Origin: Pseudomonadota bacterium
Lineage (GTDB): Bacteria; UBA10199; 2-02-FULL-44-16; JAAZCA01
Assembly: GCA_043798915.1 (NCBI GenBank)
Contig: JAZDOG010000077.1
Span: 1 to 34,985 of the forward strand
Direction: 5' to 3'
Length of the DNA stretch: 34,985 nt
Shown here: positions 34,421 to 34,985 of the stretch, one piece after another
Numbering within the stretch: the first letter of the stretch is position 1
How the letters are laid out: the number at the start of each line of letters is the position of its first letter
Made by a program: the position numbers and the translations under genes
Notes under the pieces: generated by a model
What the model saw: the letters and a program-made list of their open reading frames with translations, nothing else
The model's database searches: none
Told to the model about the DNA's origin: nothing

Positions 34421-34984
34421 TCAGGGCTGGAGCAGGACCGAGACGGCGAGGGCGGCCTGGCTATTCGCCGTGGCCAGATCGATCTTGCCGTCGCGATTGA
34501 AATCCGCGGCGACCAGGAAAAAGGGCGAGGCCCCGGTGGCATAATCGGCGTAGGCAGTAAACGTGCCGGCCCCATTGTTCCGCAGGACGGTCACATCGTT
34601 GTCGCCCGCATTTCCCACCGCTATATCCACATAGCCGGAGCCAAAGAGATCGGCTGCGATAATACCCCACGGGTTGGTTCCAACGGCGTAGTCCGCTCTG
34701 CTCCCAAACGTCCCGTCGCCGTTGCCAAACAACACGGAAACATTGCCGTTGTTCGATGTGGCCAGATCGAGATTGCCGTCGCCGTTGAAATCGCCTGCAA
34801 TCAGCCCAAAGGGGCCCGCCCCGACGGCGTAATCGACATTCCCCGCAAACGTGCCATCGCCGTTGCCCATCAGGATGGAGACGCTATTTCCGGTCCAGTT
34901 CGCTGCCGCCAGGTCGAGTCTGCCGTCGTTGTTGAAATCCCCGGCAATCAGGCCTCTCGAGAAGGATAAATTCGAACCGGCTCC
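34421..34984 (-). CDS. C-terminal part of a second FG-GAP/VCBS repeat protein; continues off the right edge
   Basis: Frame is open to the window end. GDFNNDGRLDLA, GDFNGDGNLDLA and ADFNRDGKIDLA repeats; ends SVLLQP, like its neighbour's SVLLQN. Confidence 0.88.
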   Translation of the reverse strand, partial: GAGSNLSFSRGLIAGDFNNDGRLDLAAANWTGNSVSILMGNGDGTFAGNVDYAVGAGPFGLIAGDFNGDGNLDLATSNNGNVSVLFGNGDGTFGSRADYAVGTNPWGIIAADLFGSGYVDIAVGNAGDNDVTVLRNNGAGTFTAYADYATGASPFFLVAADFNRDGKIDLATANSQAALAVSVLLQP

Positions 34985-34985
34985 A

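Overview
GC-rich bacterial window, mostly an anaerobic or micro-oxic energy-metabolism cluster. Left to right it holds: the 5' end of a TPM-domain gene; a truncated FGE-sulfatase fragment; an orphan DUF5678-like gene; a minus-strand porin/ETF-QO/etfB/etfA/hemA operon; a divergent NuoE-NuoF fusion/ferritin-like/tRNA-Sec/selA unit with a convergent selB; a selenocysteine formate dehydrogenase (in-frame TGA plus SECIS, split in two by the ORF track); a small Cys-rich gene; a P-loop/MobA fusion; a MOT1-type molybdate transporter; selD; a formate channel; moeA; mogA/MOSC/moaC/moaA; hydG; a HypC-HydE fusion; a DUF5678-like/retropepsin pair; cydAB; and two FG-GAP surface proteins. The most unusual signal is a [NiFe]-maturation HypC domain fused to a [FeFe]-maturase HydE and coupled to an intact HydG, with no hydF, hydA or hypDEF in the window. 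Other notable signals: a 12-bp (7/5) tRNA-Sec that directly abuts selA and is an open frame into it; a bifurcating-type ETF paired with a Cys-rich ETF-QO; a NuoE domain with altered Fe-S ligands; and a four-copy REP-like family, one copy of which lies in-frame inside a gene. All family calls come from recognising motifs by eye. No database searches were run.
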